DNA of 61,690 nucleotides, counting the filler, from Basidiobolus ranarum (Eukaryota): NCBI GenBank assembly GCA_040143965.1. It is 7 parts of 7 records of this genome, joined end to end, with 100 filler letters (N's around TTAATTAATTAA, not from the genome) between each part and the next. Parts side by side here need not be neighbours in the genome. Positions count along the whole stretch, not along the records: positions 1 to 8,739 come from JASJQH010000928.1; positions 8,840 to 17,576 come from JASJQH010000929.1; 5 more parts are not named here. One strand, 5' to 3'. Positions 1 through 9,737 of this stretch are shown piece by piece. Numbering within the stretch: the stretch's first letter is position 1; each line of letters opens with the position of its first letter. A program made the translations under genes and the position numbers. Below the pieces are notes generated by a model that saw only the letters and a list, made by a program, of their open reading frames with translations, searched no databases and was not told where the DNA came from.

Positions 1-3000
1 TACAAGCAACTGATTGGCCTTAGACTTTGTGTTCAGATGCAGTCACCATACTCCATATTTTCCTCTTTGGGAATTACTGCTTGTACCACAAGTCACCAGA
101 CTTTCAACACAGTCTGTGTAACTGTTTGGAAGTCAGAGATTAAATATCACAAGATAGTAACTGATTTAGACACTACCAAAGTAAACAGTTTTTTAAAAGT
201 ATATTAACATTTTTACCACATGTTGAATGTGTAACAATCATCATAGCCTCTATAAAATCAGGGGTGAAACATAAGGCATGTTATGAGTACTATGCAGCTC
301 AGAACTAAGAAGGTTTTTAAATTTTGTGGGTTCTGTTGTATGCATTTCCTTTATTTATATAAGTCAGAATAATTTAATTACAAACATATTGCATGTCATA
401 CCACTTTGAAGATTTGTAGCACCCTTGTACTGCACAGGTTAGCTAGCCCAAAAGTTACTTTCAACAACTTTGATGCATTTTTATATATAGATATACATGT
501 AAATAAGTATGCAAATAGTATATAAATACTTATACAGGAAGAATCATTGCAAAAGATTAGCAATCTGTCATTTATTAGTTTCTATACTTTAGACTTATGC
601 AATATTATGATATTGACAAGTTTTACATAATTCTCTATTTGTTTACTTAATATAAATTTTATAAATGTGCAATATCCAAATATCAAGCAAAAAATGAAAG
701 AAGTCAATTAATAATAAAATTGGACATATTCAGAACTTTTGTGCATCATAATGAGGACATGCTGCTTTTTGCTGACTGTAAACTTGATATCTAAATTTTA
801 GCACTGATTACATATGTTTATGTGTACAAGTGTAGGACATAACATGTTTATAGACTAGGTGTATACAGAAATTTTATAAAAACAAAAATATTGAGGAATT
901 TGGAAAAATTAAAACAAACACAGTAATAGGCAATGACTTTGCCACAGTATTAGAAACACTAATTCTTACTCACATGAGTCAAAGGTAAAATTTCTGACCT
1001 TTGGAAAATTTGGGCAAGCCCAATTCTTCCTATATACTAGTAACTTGTGTATGTTGTGAGAGGGGCGCACATTGCATACCCCAGACCCCCTATTTTCTTC
1101 CTTACCCTTACCACAACATCTATACCTTAACCCTACACCACCAATTTTATTACCCGCTAAGTTAGGGAAGTATGGCATCAGTATATTACTGGAATCTCTA
1201 GAGGATGGACAAGTTATTTAACTCAAGTATAGGCCGGAACATAAAGTTGATCCTATACCTTTCGTCCATGTTTTAACTGGTGATTTGACTTCTTTATTGT
1301 ACCAAGTTGAATGGCTTTGACTGCAGTCGATGTAACTTCCATAGTAACACTCCTTAACTGTACAGATGGTGGGGAGGACATACTGCGAATTTATTGATGA
1401 ACGGGATATTAAAAGAGGATTTAATGGGCAGATAACTACAATAAGAGGATTTGAGATGGAGTGCCGAATGCACCTTATGAGATTGGAAGAATTGACTTTG
1501 TAGTAACTCTTGGTGGCATATACTGGTTATATGTACTTGATAGCAAAATAAATTTATATTTCTGCTAGCCACCGTGACATTTATCCACACATCACTAGAG
1601 CGCTACGGATTTCCACTTAAACTAAACCTTTTCATATAGTTATGTTAAATATCAGGTATTGCACAAGATGAAAGTTTATATTTATACATATAATATACGG
1701 AGTATTTATTTAACAATATTCAACCTAGTGAAAATCAATGGATGTTAGAGACATTTTATATGTGAATTATCTTTCATACTTCATAAAAATAGTCAGATAG
1801 TTTAGAAAATTGGAGTATTCATATAGCGGGGTCTTACGCCGCCTCAGAAACACGGACCAAACAATATTCATCATGTTGCGAAAAAATGGAAATACTTTTG
1901 GAAGCGTATCTTACCTATTGTACAGCTGAGAGATGGTTGTGAAGAGTGAATTGGTAATGTTTGCTTCGATTCTTTTTATCATATAGTTTAAGCAGGGAAC
2001 CCTAGTTGGAATACTTGGTTCACAATCAAGACCACCATTGGTTCAAATAGTTTGTTTTTTTAGTGAAAATATTGATAATAGTGATGGCGCAATCACGTGA
2101 GATATGCTGAGTAATTAAACATCCTGGAAGCAAGAATAAAAAAGGAATCAAGAATATTTTTTATACAGATTTTTACTTCATGCCAGAAATATCAATAGTA
2201 ATAAATCATAATGCATAATGCATATATGGGAATTTAAGCAAAGTTGAAAATGCGCTTTCTGATCAGACGATTAATACGATGAAGAAAGTCGAGATAGTGC
2301 ATTAAAGTATTAGACTCTAAGACTATTATCTACCTTCTTGGTCTTGCTCTAAGCTTACAGGTATTTTGGCAAATAGCACATAAACACGCAGTATAGAAAA
2401 AGGTTGATCTTCACTCCTCTTCATTACTAGCCACCAGTCTGTCAAAATCAGGGATAGACTTGCCAATATTAACTAGATCTTCGATAACCAGTGTCTATGT
2501 TGCTATTGAGATCAAATAAGCCAACTTATTCCATCTTGTGTTCAAATATTGATATAAATTCCGTTGGATCCCATTAAATACTTATTCCATATAAAAGAAA
2601 CTCCGATTATTTCCAAGAATTTTGTGAACTAAAATCCAAGCCAACATTAAGTTCGGGATCAGACTATTGTCGTTTCTGGTTCCGCGTTCCCGTTGTCAAG
2701 AGAATCCCGTAACGGGGCCATCCAAGTCTGATAAACTGGTTTGATAGTGTCATGCGTTGCACTTACCATTACGGACTCGGAGTAAATCATATTCCCTTTA
2801 TTTCAAGATAACAGAAACGAATGTCTACTTGCAACAAGCAAATAATCACCACATCCGTGTATAATGAGAAGCGTGACTGAAAAATAACACACATTTCCAG
2901 ATGTGAGCTTAAGCTGAACAACAAGGGAGTTGGATTTGCAAAATAACCTCTATGTTTATCAATGAATAATTAGTACTGTTGCGACTTCTATTAATCTCCT

Positions 3001-3712
3001 TTTAGATATTGCTAGAGCATCAGAAACCAGATGCATTCTGATTAAATGTTCTCAGCAAGATGGCCCAATGGAACATCGCTCATAGTATAACAATCGGCGT
3101 AGCAAGGCCATGCAAACAAGTGCCTCGACTGTTTTATTTAAAAACAAAGGAAAGCTACTTCAGACTCGGTGTTCAACCAAAGTTAGCATTCATATCACCA
3201 AAATTTAGGCTTAAATGGAAAATCCATTGGAATTGCGGTAAAATTGGAATACGCTGTATTATTATAGTACTACCTTGTTGGCCTTATGGCAAGGCTAACA
3301 ATTTCTATCACACAAGCAATACTCTAAAGTGGTATTAAAAAGTATCTTTTTGGAATAATTGGCTTGCCAACATCTCAATGGGATTACTTATAATCACAAC
3401 CACGAGTCCCACGAATGATCATCCAATCCCCCATCGGATTGAATCTTCATTCGTTAGAGTGTTTTGTCAATAAATGAAACCTGAAGTAATGGTAACCATA
3501 CATTGAAATTTACGATAGAAATTCCTCTTATGGTATTAGTAGTCGGTACTTCTTCTAGATTGGAAAAGAGTGGACTGGGGTCTGGCAGTCATATTGAGCG
3601 AATATTATCAAGCGTGGGGAGAGTTAGCAAGAAAATTGTATAAAACGACAGTGGATGTTCAATTATAAATCAGTACTGGATTACTATTAGAAACATACCA
3701 TTAGACATCATC

Positions 3713-4252
3713 ATGGTCAATCTTACATCTGCTTTATCTTGTGTGTTCTTCGCAGCCGCCACTTTCATAGCCTCTTCCGTTGAGGCCTTACCAACTCACA
3801 ATGCAGTCGCGGCTCCTAGTTCCTTAAACCAAACCGAGTTAGCTGGCGCATCTAGTAAACTCGCTAATATCAGTGTGTTGGCCTCTTGTTCTCGCAGTTT
3901 CCGCTTCAATAATGGTCAATGTACCGACTGGGCAGATGCCCGTTACTATGAGCTTACTTGCCAGCATACGGAGTGGTGGGGTGATGCTCGCACCTGGCCC
4001 AACAGTGCCCGCAATGTCAATGGATGGGTTGTCTCTAGTCAACCACGTGTCCCTTCCATCATTGTCATTCAGCCAGGCTATCAAGGCTGTGGATCAACAG
4101 GTCATGTTGCGGTTGTGGAGCGTATAAACAATGATGGAAGCGTGTACACCAGTAACTGGAACTACAAGTTCAACGGACAAGGTGGAGTCTATTCTACATC
4201 TTATGGAAACTTCAATACTGGCAATGGTGTATCCTTCCTCTGGCATCAATAG
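3713..4252 (+). CDS. Secreted CHAP-domain (Cys/His-dependent amidohydrolase/peptidase) protein, copy 1; bacterial-type putative peptidoglycan hydrolase
   Basis: 179-aa intronless ORF. Hydrophobic signal peptide (MVNLTSALSCVFFAAATFIASSVEA). CHAP motifs GQCTDW (catalytic Cys), WGDARTW, P..PSIIV, GHVAVVE (catalytic His), N.DGSVYTSNWNY. TATAAAA at 3639-3645. Confidence 0.9.
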   Translation: MVNLTSALSCVFFAAATFIASSVEALPTHNAVAAPSSLNQTELAGASSKLANISVLASCSRSFRFNNGQCTDWADARYYELTCQHTEWWGDARTWPNSARNVNGWVVSSQPRVPSIIVIQPGYQGCGSTGHVAVVERINNDGSVYTSNWNYKFNGQGGVYSTSYGNFNTGNGVSFLWHQ

Positions 4253-5731
4253 ATTAATAGTTGGCCTGGAAAGAAACTCAGATTAGTAAAAATATCTGAT
4301 ATTAAAATTCCACATCTAAAATATACAAATAATAAATTTCATTCGTATATCAAAATATCATCATCGAATCAAGTGTAATCTAACTCTTACAATGTTCTAA
4401 ATCTACTTCTAGATACCAGCTCACTCTTCTACTTTTGTAGAAGAGTAAATGTACTAGATCGAAATCAAACAAGCTAGGTTTCTTGAATCCTATTGAGATT
4501 CATTAAATTTGTGATTAGATCTAGCCGGATTGATCGCTAATCGCACATGCGGAGGCAGTACAATGTGACCATTTCTATATTCGGTCACAAGTGTACAAAT
4601 CAAGTATATCTTAAATACTCCATTATATCCCTTAGAATGACCCAGGTTAATGGAACAAAGATCGGAGATTTGTATTGGCCAGCCTGCATGGCAATTCCCT
4701 CATTTAATGTTACAAACTTTTAGTGCATAGACAAGTAGTTTTGGATTAATTAATAATTCCTTATTTGTTGAATTGAATTGAATTTTTTTAGTACAATCTG
4801 GCCAGGTGGATCGGGACCTAAACGTGTATAGGCTGAGTGAACTCATTAACATCAGTATGTGAGTTATACCATCGCTGTAAAACGCATAAACATTAGCCAA
4901 AGTGTGTATCGTAGTTTCCAAGAGTAAGCGATAATTCCAACCATTTCCTATGGGATTTTAACATCAATAGTAGTGGCACTCTTTTGGCCTCGTTATACAA
5001 CTGAATTTGTCTACATAAATTAGTTTTCAATGTACGTATAGATATAATTGTTGAAGTTTATGCTATCTTACAGTATATGATCAGCTACATGTAGAAACAT
5101 TCCAAACTTTAACTTGTCCAAATCTCGAAAAAACGATTGTAGTATTCTTCAAAACCCCATCACCAATAAAGTTCCTTTCATTTCTGAAACAATTGAATAA
5201 GCTTAGATTGAATAGGCCATCTATTCAACTTTACTATATTCAGTCTAATTTACAAACGTTGACAAGTATTAGTTACGCATCCATGTGACTTATTCTAGGC
5301 TTGGGAAGTAGACAATAGAAAGTAGTAATGGCTATAACCTTTATTTAGAATCAGATATTAACAATACTGCCATGCTTTAAATTTATTGGACTAATCGATT
5401 CATCGTTAATATAATTGGCTTACATTTGAACGCAACCTATACTTCCGCTAATCGCCTCTCAAAGCCACAACGGATTGAATCTTTATTCGTTAAAATATTT
5501 GTCAATAAATGGAGCGTAGAGTATTGGTAACCATAGAAGTATCTCTTATGGATCTCGAAGTCAGTGCATCTTTCAAAATGGAAAATGGTGGATTGGGATC
5601 TGGAAGTCACGTTGAACGATAGCCAACACACGTGGGGAAGGGAGGCAAGAAAAATGTATAAAAATGAGAGTCGAACTTCAATTAAAAACCAGTACTGGAT
5701 TACTATTAGAAACATACCATTAGACATCATC

Positions 5732-6271
5732 ATGGTCAATCTTACATCTGCTTTATCTTGTGTGTTCTTCGCAGCCGCCACTTTCATAGCCTCTTCCGTT
5801 GAGGCCTTACCAACTCACAATGCAGTCGCGGCTCCTAGTTCCTTAAACCTAACTGAGGTGGTTGGTACATCTAGTAAACTTGCTAATATCAGTGTGTTGG
5901 CCTCTTGCTCTCGCAGTTTCCGCTTCAACAATGGCCAATGTACCGACTGGGCAGATGCCCGTTACTATGAGCTTACTTGCCAGCATACGGAGTGGTGGGG
6001 TGATGCTCGCACCTGGCCCAACAGTGCCCGCAATGTCAATGGATGGGTTGTCTCTAGTCAACCACGTGTCCCTTCCATCATTGTCATTCAGCCAGGCTAT
6101 CAAGGCTGTGGATCAACAGGTCATGTTGCGGTTGTGGAGCGTATAAACAATGATGGAAGCGTGTACACCAGCAACTGGAACTACAAGTTCAACGGACAAG
6201 GTGGAGTCTATTCTACATCTTATGGAAACTTCAATACTGGCAGTGGTGTATCCTTCCTCTGGCATCAATAG
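5732..6271 (+). CDS. Secreted CHAP-domain protein, copy 2
   Basis: Same length (179 aa from ATG 5732) and motifs as copy 1. Differs only in the linker (NLTEVVGT vs NQTELAGA) and one residue near the C-terminus (GSGV vs GNGV). TATAAAA at 5657-5663. Confidence 0.9.
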   Translation: MVNLTSALSCVFFAAATFIASSVEALPTHNAVAAPSSLNLTEVVGTSSKLANISVLASCSRSFRFNNGQCTDWADARYYELTCQHTEWWGDARTWPNSARNVNGWVVSSQPRVPSIIVIQPGYQGCGSTGHVAVVERINNDGSVYTSNWNYKFNGQGGVYSTSYGNFNTGSGVSFLWHQ

Positions 6272-6620
6272 AGCTATTGTTAAATTGAAATGAAAGCCTC
6301 ATAGACATACTATCTGCTGTGCAGATGTTCAAATTCCACGAGTACAAAAGACTTGCAATAAACTAAAAATTATTTAAAAGTATCCTCATCGAATCGAATC
6401 TAACTAAACCTTGATACTTCCATAACTAATTTAACACTTACAAGGTTCTAAAATGTACTTCTTGTACTGGCCCACTCTCGTACACATATATATACTGTAG
6501 AAACTTAATTGCAGTTAATGGAAATTAGGAAATCTAGATTTTTGGAATCCTGAGATTCATTTAGAAGTTTATCATTGACCAGCAAATTATTTGGATTAAT
6601 TGGTGAATCCTTATTTGTAG

Positions 6621-6656
6621 AATTCGATTGAAATTCGATTGAAATTCGATTGAAAT
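6621..6656 (+). repeat. 11-bp tandem repeat (AATTCGATTGA) x3
   Basis: Read directly from the sequence. Confidence 0.85.
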
Positions 6657-6739
6657 ATTTCATGGCAATCGAGATAAGTGGATCGGGGCCTAAAAAAGTA
6701 TAGGCTGAATGAACAAGCGCATGGATTTGCGGTATCGCC

Positions 6740-6926
6740 ATGTAGTTGCTGCGTATCCAGTATCGAGATGAACTAATATGACTAGCGCACCAAGTGATTT
6801 TCTAGTACTAGAGTGGTTGCCTCTGGCTCTCGCGTGTACAAGTTCCACAAACAAGGTGGAATCTATTCTACATCTTATGGAAACTTCAACACTGGAAGTG
6901 GTGTATCTTTCCTATGGCATCAATAG
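6740..6926 (+). pseudogene. Third CHAP copy, internally deleted
   Basis: 6852-6926 encodes QGGIYSTSYGNFNTGSGVSFLWHQ*, the CHAP C-terminus. The upstream gttgcctctggctctcgc matches the ASCSR codons. The catalytic core between them is missing. Confidence 0.85.
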
Positions 6927-7184
6927 AGTTATTGCTAGTACAATAATAAATTTTGCTTGAGAGAAGACATGGAATGATACAATCCATGTAGATAATAATC
7001 CAGTCTTGATCTCAAGTGTATATATGGCTGGAAATAGATATCCGTAATTTGATGACCTGAGTAACGATGCTGTTATTGATACAGATTATCTCAGCGAAAA
7101 CGATTCATACTTTGGCATCTGTGTATGCAAAAAAAAAGAAAATGAGAAGTGTGAATATTGATTGTTTTAATAATAAACATTTAC

Positions 7185-7736
7185 TTAGTTTTTTCCAGGA
7201 ATGGTGAAAATAGTGCAATCGTTGAAAAATTCAGTAAGCCTGGCGGTTGCGTCAAGTGTGTCTGAAATAATCAAGATTTTGAGTTCAGGGCGAGTAACGT
7301 GAGCTTTCTTTAACAATTCAAGCAAATCCTCGGTTTCTTGAGTACGTTCGTGAGCTTGATCAATAACGACGGCCGAGTATGACTTGAAAAGAGGGTCCAA
7401 AGTTGCTTCTCTGAGAAGAGCGCCATCCGTCAAGTACTTGAGACGAGTTGAGCTGTTGGTGCGATCTTCGCCACGAATAGTATAACCAACTACAGTTCCT
7501 AATTCAGTGTTCTGTTCTTCGCTGACTCTTGTAGCAGCTGTAACTGCAGCCTTATGTTTGGTTTGAGTGACACCGATTTTATCCAACTCTGGCATCTCTT
7601 CAAGGATGTATTGAGGGATTTGAGTAGTTTTACCAGAACCTGCTTCACCAGCAATGACCAGAACGCTATATTCTTTTACAGCATCGATGATAGCTTGCTT
7701 ATGCTCGTAAGTAAGGAGAGTTTGTCTTTGGGACAT
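7185..7736 (-). CDS. Truncated DEAH/RHA-family helicase (RecA1 domain only) with degenerate catalytic motifs
   Basis: 183 aa from ATG 7736. Walker A GEAGSGKTTQIPQY; VGYTIRGED; LKYLTDGALLREA. Motif II reads DQAHER, motif Ia TQTKHKAA, motif III ISDT. Ends IPGKN* at the RecA1/RecA2 linker. Confidence 0.85.
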   Translation of the reverse strand: MSQRQTLLTYEHKQAIIDAVKEYSVLVIAGEAGSGKTTQIPQYILEEMPELDKIGVTQTKHKAAVTAATRVSEEQNTELGTVVGYTIRGEDRTNSSTRLKYLTDGALLREATLDPLFKSYSAVVIDQAHERTQETEDLLELLKKAHVTRPELKILIISDTLDATARLTEFFNDCTIFTIPGKN

Positions 7737-8039
7737 TTTGAATGTAAAAAAAGAGTGTAGAGTGAAATCTAATAAATTCTTGCCCTTTGTATATAATTCA
7801 ATCAACCGCAGCTTTGGTCATGCCGCAGCGAATGTGGCACACCCAACGTGTTTAGTCTGGAATTTATTCCCGCAAGCTAATTAAATTACGAGGTTCTCTG
7901 AACTCGCTACAAAACTGCGGACGCACACTACATCCGTATTTTATGCGACTTGTCTAAATGGTAGCCTCTTCCTTTTAATTATGGAAATAAATTGATGCAC
8001 AAGAAGATTATATTGATGAAGATTTCGAAAAGCTGGTAA

Positions 8040-8282
8040 TTATCTGACTATCGGCTGTGCAGGTGTTCAAATTTCACAAATACAAAAGACAAGCAATAAA
8101 TAAATAAATAATAAATTCAACTCTCTTTAAAAACAGTCTCATCGAATTCAACCCTCGTTAAAAACGTAACTTAACTTAGAATGTTGCAAGATCTTCTTAA
8201 TACTGGTTTACTTGCTTGTTATCTATATATACATATAGAAGTGTAAATTCAGTAGATCAAGAACAAACAAGCTAGGTTTCTG
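8040..8282 (+). repeat. Additional copy of the CHAP gene 3' flank
   Basis: gctgtgcaggtgttcaaatttcacaaatacaaaagac resembles 6316-6351. tagatcaagaacaaacaagctaggtttct resembles 4455-4483. Confidence 0.7.
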
Positions 8283-8472
8283 ACTTGCTTTTCTCTCACT
8301 TTGAGGCACTGAACCTAATCTTCACCTACAATTACTTTAACACACTTTCACTAGACAACAAATTAATTCTTCTTGACCGATTCCATTACCACATAATTAT
8401 ATGAATCGAATCAGTAAAAATAGTTTGAAGTATTTCTGTTTATTTAGCCATCCGAGAAGTTATCTACAGATT

Positions 8473-8576
8473 GTTTACTTTTGACCTTTAGATTCTTTGT
8501 TTACTTTCGACCTTTAGATTCTTTGTTTACTTTCGACCTTTAGATTCTTTGTTTACTTTCGACCTTTAGATTCTTT
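8473..8576. repeat. 26-bp tandem repeat x4 (GTTTACTTTCGACCTTTAGATTCTTT) spanning the con-6-like stop codon
   Basis: Units at 8473, 8499, 8525 and 8551, with one mismatch in the first unit. Confidence 0.95.
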
Positions 8577-8735
8577 TTCGATGGAATCTTTGAGTGGCTT
8601 CCCAGTACGCTCTTCATGAATTTCCGATGCTTTATCCAACGACTCCTGTTGCTTTTCAGCTGACACATTCGGATTATGGGCTGCTGCCTTGAGACCTCCT
8701 TCAACATTTCCAGGGTTTTTTCCTTCGTATTCCAT
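8553..8735 (-). CDS. Conidiation protein Con-6-like small hydrophilic protein
   Basis: KNPGNVEGGLKAAAHNPNVS matches the Con-6 motif. The ATG is 4 nt from the contig end, so the start is uncertain. Confidence 0.75.
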   Translation of the reverse strand: MEYEGKNPGNVEGGLKAAAHNPNVSAEKQQESLDKASEIHEERTGKPLKDSIEKESKGRK

Positions 8736-8739
8736 TGTT

Positions 8740-8839
8740 NNNNNNNNNNNNNNNNNNNNNNNNNNNNNNNNNNNNNNNNNNNNTTAATTAATTAANNNNN
8801 NNNNNNNNNNNNNNNNNNNNNNNNNNNNNNNNNNNNNNN
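8740..8839. other. Artificial contig spacer (44N + TTAATTAATTAA + 44N)
   Basis: Identical 100-nt linker with stops in all six frames, repeated six times in the window. Confidence 0.98.
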
Positions 8840-9737
8840 AATATTTTTACCAACTTAGAAGTTCTCAGATATATAGATATTTCAAACTTGTGCTAGAAGC
8901 CCCAAACTTTGCACACATGTTCCTGGGACCTTCCTTAACACATTCAATACGTCAGTTTATTTACATCTTGACAAAACTATAAATGTCAACTTTCTACTCA
9001 ATAAATCAATAAGTGAAAACCACCAATTCCTCTAATTCTCCAAACCACTTCCAACAGGCTCCCAAATACTTCAACAATAACTGCCTACCACACAATTCAT
9101 ATCTTTGAGCATATATCTGCGAGTAGTTGACATTTGTTAGCTATTGTCGCACAACTCCTAGTATATGTACCAACAAAGACAAATTAATATCTAAAGCGCA
9201 TTGGGTAATATGTACTCTACATTATCAGTTGCAAATATGAATACTCAGTGACCATTTTAGGCCTCTAATAGATGAGAGAAAATAGTTAGGGCTGGTTGGT
9301 CTCAGCAAACCCGTGATCGGCTGAGCATTGTTGCAATGCTAATCTAAGTGTGCGCAAGCCATCTTTAAAGATTTATATGACAGTTTTTATTTGGGTGGGA
9401 ATGCACTACTAAACCTCACCGCCATAGCCGAAACGTATGTCCACACATTGCCCATGTGTCATATATCTGACTAAGCAAATATCACACGAGGCTTTTGGGC
9501 CGAATATCCCAATCTGAAATCAAGCATTTCCAAACCTCGGTTATCAGATTCAGTTAATTATAGTAGACAGAAAAAGTGATTACCCATAATCGGTCCGAAC
9601 TCACCAAGATTATCATTTAAAATTACGTAAATGGAAACATACTTGATGCAATTCGTACGGCAAGTACCACCATATATATTTTACTCAAGGTATCACTGTA
9701 AAGTGCATGAAATTTCAGTTTGGCAAATAACCACAAT

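Larger units (their letters stand above)
3350..6760 (+). repeat. Tandem duplication of the CHAP gene with flanks (ATG to ATG spacing 2019 bp)
   Basis: Shared upstream blocks (cggattgaatctt..ttcgtta...tttgtcaataaatg at ~3435 and ~5471) and downstream blocks (ttggattaat....aatccttatttgt at ~4741 and ~6591; ggatcggg.cctaaa....gtataggctga.tgaac at ~4808 and ~6680). Boundaries approximate. Confidence 0.85.

Noticed and set aside
1218-1527. Stop-free minus-strand frame with a Cys-containing peptide (TICTVKECYYGSYIDC)
   Set aside because: No Met start, no consistent splice model and no recognisable family.
5564-5731. 56-codon N-terminal extension of CHAP copy 2 in the ORF track
   Set aside because: Starts at GTG, spans the TATA box, would bury the signal peptide and is absent from copy 1.
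8473-8576. 26-bp repeats as a CRISPR array
   Set aside because: Repeats are contiguous with no spacers, there are no cas genes, and the context is eukaryotic.
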